The notes under the pieces were generated by a model. It was not told where the DNA came from. It saw nothing but the letters and a program-made list of their open reading frames with translations, and did not search any database. From positions 9,300,001-9,364,000 of the forward strand of contig CM102286.1 in NCBI GenBank assembly GCA_046563655.1: DNA of 64,000 nucleotides, written 5' to 3'. How positions within the stretch are numbered: the first letter of the stretch is position 1; every line of letters starts with the position of its first letter. The translations under genes and the position numbers were made by a program. The stretch is from Yuukianura sp. NJ FZ-2021 (lineage: Eukaryota). This document shows positions 62,050 through 64,000 of this stretch, piece after piece.

Positions 62050-62168
62050 TGTTAGGGTAGTGGTAACCATTATGACGCAATGTCAATGTAGGTCAGAATA
62101 CTGGTATAAATAAAAGCTTCCGAGGGTAATACCCTCGGCATTCTTGAGCCCCAAAACCATCCGTAACA
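62050..62168 (+). repeat. 3' LTR (119 bp)
   Basis: TGTTA...TAACA direct repeat of the 5' LTR, followed by the GTAC TSD. Confidence 0.96.
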
Positions 62169-64000
62169 GTACTTCAATATCGGACGTAGATGAAAAAGTT
62201 CAAACAGAAATAGTTGCTCTCAAAACGATGTGATAATTTTTGTTAAATGTGAGGGGGTTGTGGATTGGGATGAAGCTTGAAGGATAGTCCATAAAATATT
62301 TAAAAGGTTAGTGAGAAATTTAACTTTTAATTATTTTTTCTTGTAATTACCAACGACCTTTGCATCAAGACCGGCTTTGAATTTAAAAATCAAACACAAG
62401 TTTTTGCTCTGAAATAAATAGTTTCTTCAGCTGACGCTACAGGGGGTGGCGAATTGCGATGAAGCTTGGCAATTTAGAAGAATTTTTATCGTAATTAGCA
62501 ACGGGTACTTCAATATCGGACGTAGATGAAAAAGTTCAAACAGAAATAGTTGCTCTCAAAACGATGTGATAATTTTTGTTAAATGTGAGGGGGTTGTGGA
62601 TTGGGATGAAGCTTGAAGGATAGTCCATAAAATATTTAAAAGGTTAGTGAGAAATTTCAGTTTTAATTATTTTTTCTTGTAATTACCAACGACCTTTGCA
62701 TCAAGACCGGCTTGGAATTTAAAAATCACACACAAGTTTTTGCTCTGAAATAAATAGTTTCTTCCGCTGACGCTACAGGGGGTGGCGAATTGCGATGAAG
62801 CTTGGCAATTTAGAAGAATTTTTATCGTAATTAGCAACGGGTACTTCAATATCGGACGTAGATGAAAAAGTTCAAACAGAAATAGTTGCTCTCAAAACGA
62901 TGTGATAATTTTTGTTAAATGTGAGGGGGTTGTGGATTGGGATAAAGCTTGAAGGATAGTCCATAAAATATTTAAAAGGTTAGTGAGAAATTTCAGTTTT
63001 AATTATTTTTTCTTGTAATTACCAACGACCTTTGCATCAAGACCGGCTTGGAATTTAAAAATCAAACACAAGTTTTTGCTCTGAAATAAATAGTTTCTTC
63101 AGCTGACGCTACAGGGGTGGTGCATTTCGATGAAGCTTGGTAATTTAGAAAAATTTTATCGTAATTAGCAACGGATTCTTCAATACCAGACATAGATCAA
63201 AAATTTTCAACAGAAATAGTTGCTCTCAAAACGATGTGATAATTTTTGTTAAATGTGAGGGGGTTGTGGATTGGGATGAAGCTTGAAGGACAGTCCATAA
63301 AATATTTAAAAGGTTAGTGAGAAATTTAACTTTTAATTATTTTTTTCTTGTAATTACCAACGACCTTTGCATCAAGACCGGCTTTGAATTTAAAAATCAA
63401 ACACAAGTTTTTGCTCTGAAATAAATAGTTTCTTCAGCTGACGCTACAGGGGGTGGCGAATTGCGATGAAGCTTGGCAATTTAGAAGAATTTTTATCGTA
63501 ATTAGCAACGGGTACTTCAATATCGGACGTAGATGAAAAAGTTCAAACAGAAATAGTTGCTCTCAAAACGATGTGATAATTTTTGTTAAATGTGAGGGGG
63601 TTGTGGATTGGGATGAAGCTTGAAGGATAGTCCATAAAATATTTAAAAGGTTAGTGAGAAATTTCAGTTTTAATTATTTTTTCTTGTAATTACCAACGAC
63701 CTTTGCATCAAGACCGGCTTTGAATTTAAAAATCAAACACAAGTTTTTGCTCTGAAATAAATAGTTTCTTCAGCTGACGCTACAGGGGGTGGCGAATTGC
63801 GATGAAGCTTGGCAATTTAGAAGAATTTTTATCGTAATTAGCAACGGGTACTTCAATATCGGACGTAGATGAAAAAGTTCAAACAGAAATAGTTGCTCTC
63901 AAAACGATGTGATAATTTTTGTTAAATGTGAGGGGGTTGTGGATTGGGATGAAGCTTGAAGGATAGTCCATAAAATATTTAAAAGGTTAGTGAGAAATTT
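62169..64000. repeat. Satellite B resumes in register (~5.5 monomers, runs off the right edge)
   Basis: GTACTTCAATATCGGACGTAG continues the monomer interrupted at 53111. Confidence 0.97.

Larger units (their letters stand above)
53112..62168 (+). mobile_element. Full-length env-bearing Ty3/gypsy (Metaviridae) LTR retroelement, 9057 bp, with extra ORFs 3' of env
   Basis: TGTTA...TAACA LTRs at both ends and a 4-bp TSD GTAC (53108-53111 and 62169-62172) that restores the satellite sequence CAACGGGTACTTCAAT. Contains a PBS, gag, pol in the order PR-RT-RH-IN, and env. Confidence 0.97.

Noticed and set aside
25750..62849. Repeated 60-78-aa minus-strand ORFs (MKYPLLITIK...)
   Set aside because: Satellite B translations with non-ATG starts that appear only when a single SNP removes a stop.
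10820..63120. GGGG versus GGGGG and T-run length differences between monomers as biological variants
   Set aside because: Homopolymer length changes are typical long-read consensus errors, so they were not used as markers.
1..64000. CRISPR array or other prokaryotic repeat system
   Set aside because: The repeats are contiguous 288/336-bp monomers without unique spacers, no cas-like ORFs are present, and the context is eukaryotic.

Overview
Eukaryotic, probably invertebrate animal, satellite-rich DNA, with no host gene and no prokaryotic feature. A 288-bp satellite (1-~5586) abuts a 335-336-bp satellite that fills most of the rest. The 336-bp array is interrupted twice by a head-to-tail trimer of non-autonomous Helentron/HINE-like elements (6734-10712 and 17074-21067, part of a ~10.34-kb duplication). 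It is also interrupted by one full-length Ty3/gypsy-class LTR retroelement (53112-62168). This element has a GTAC target-site duplication, 127/119-bp LTRs, a tRNA-iMet PBS, gag, a -1 frameshifted pol and an F-like env. The most striking observation is two extra sense ORFs between env and the 3' LTR. One encodes a GATA-type zinc finger with a PLNLS (CtBP-type) motif; the other encodes a 212-aa protein with a poly-Lys/poly-Ser tail. This is a complex-retrovirus-like layout in a gypsy element. All family assignments come from motif recognition by eye; no searches were run.
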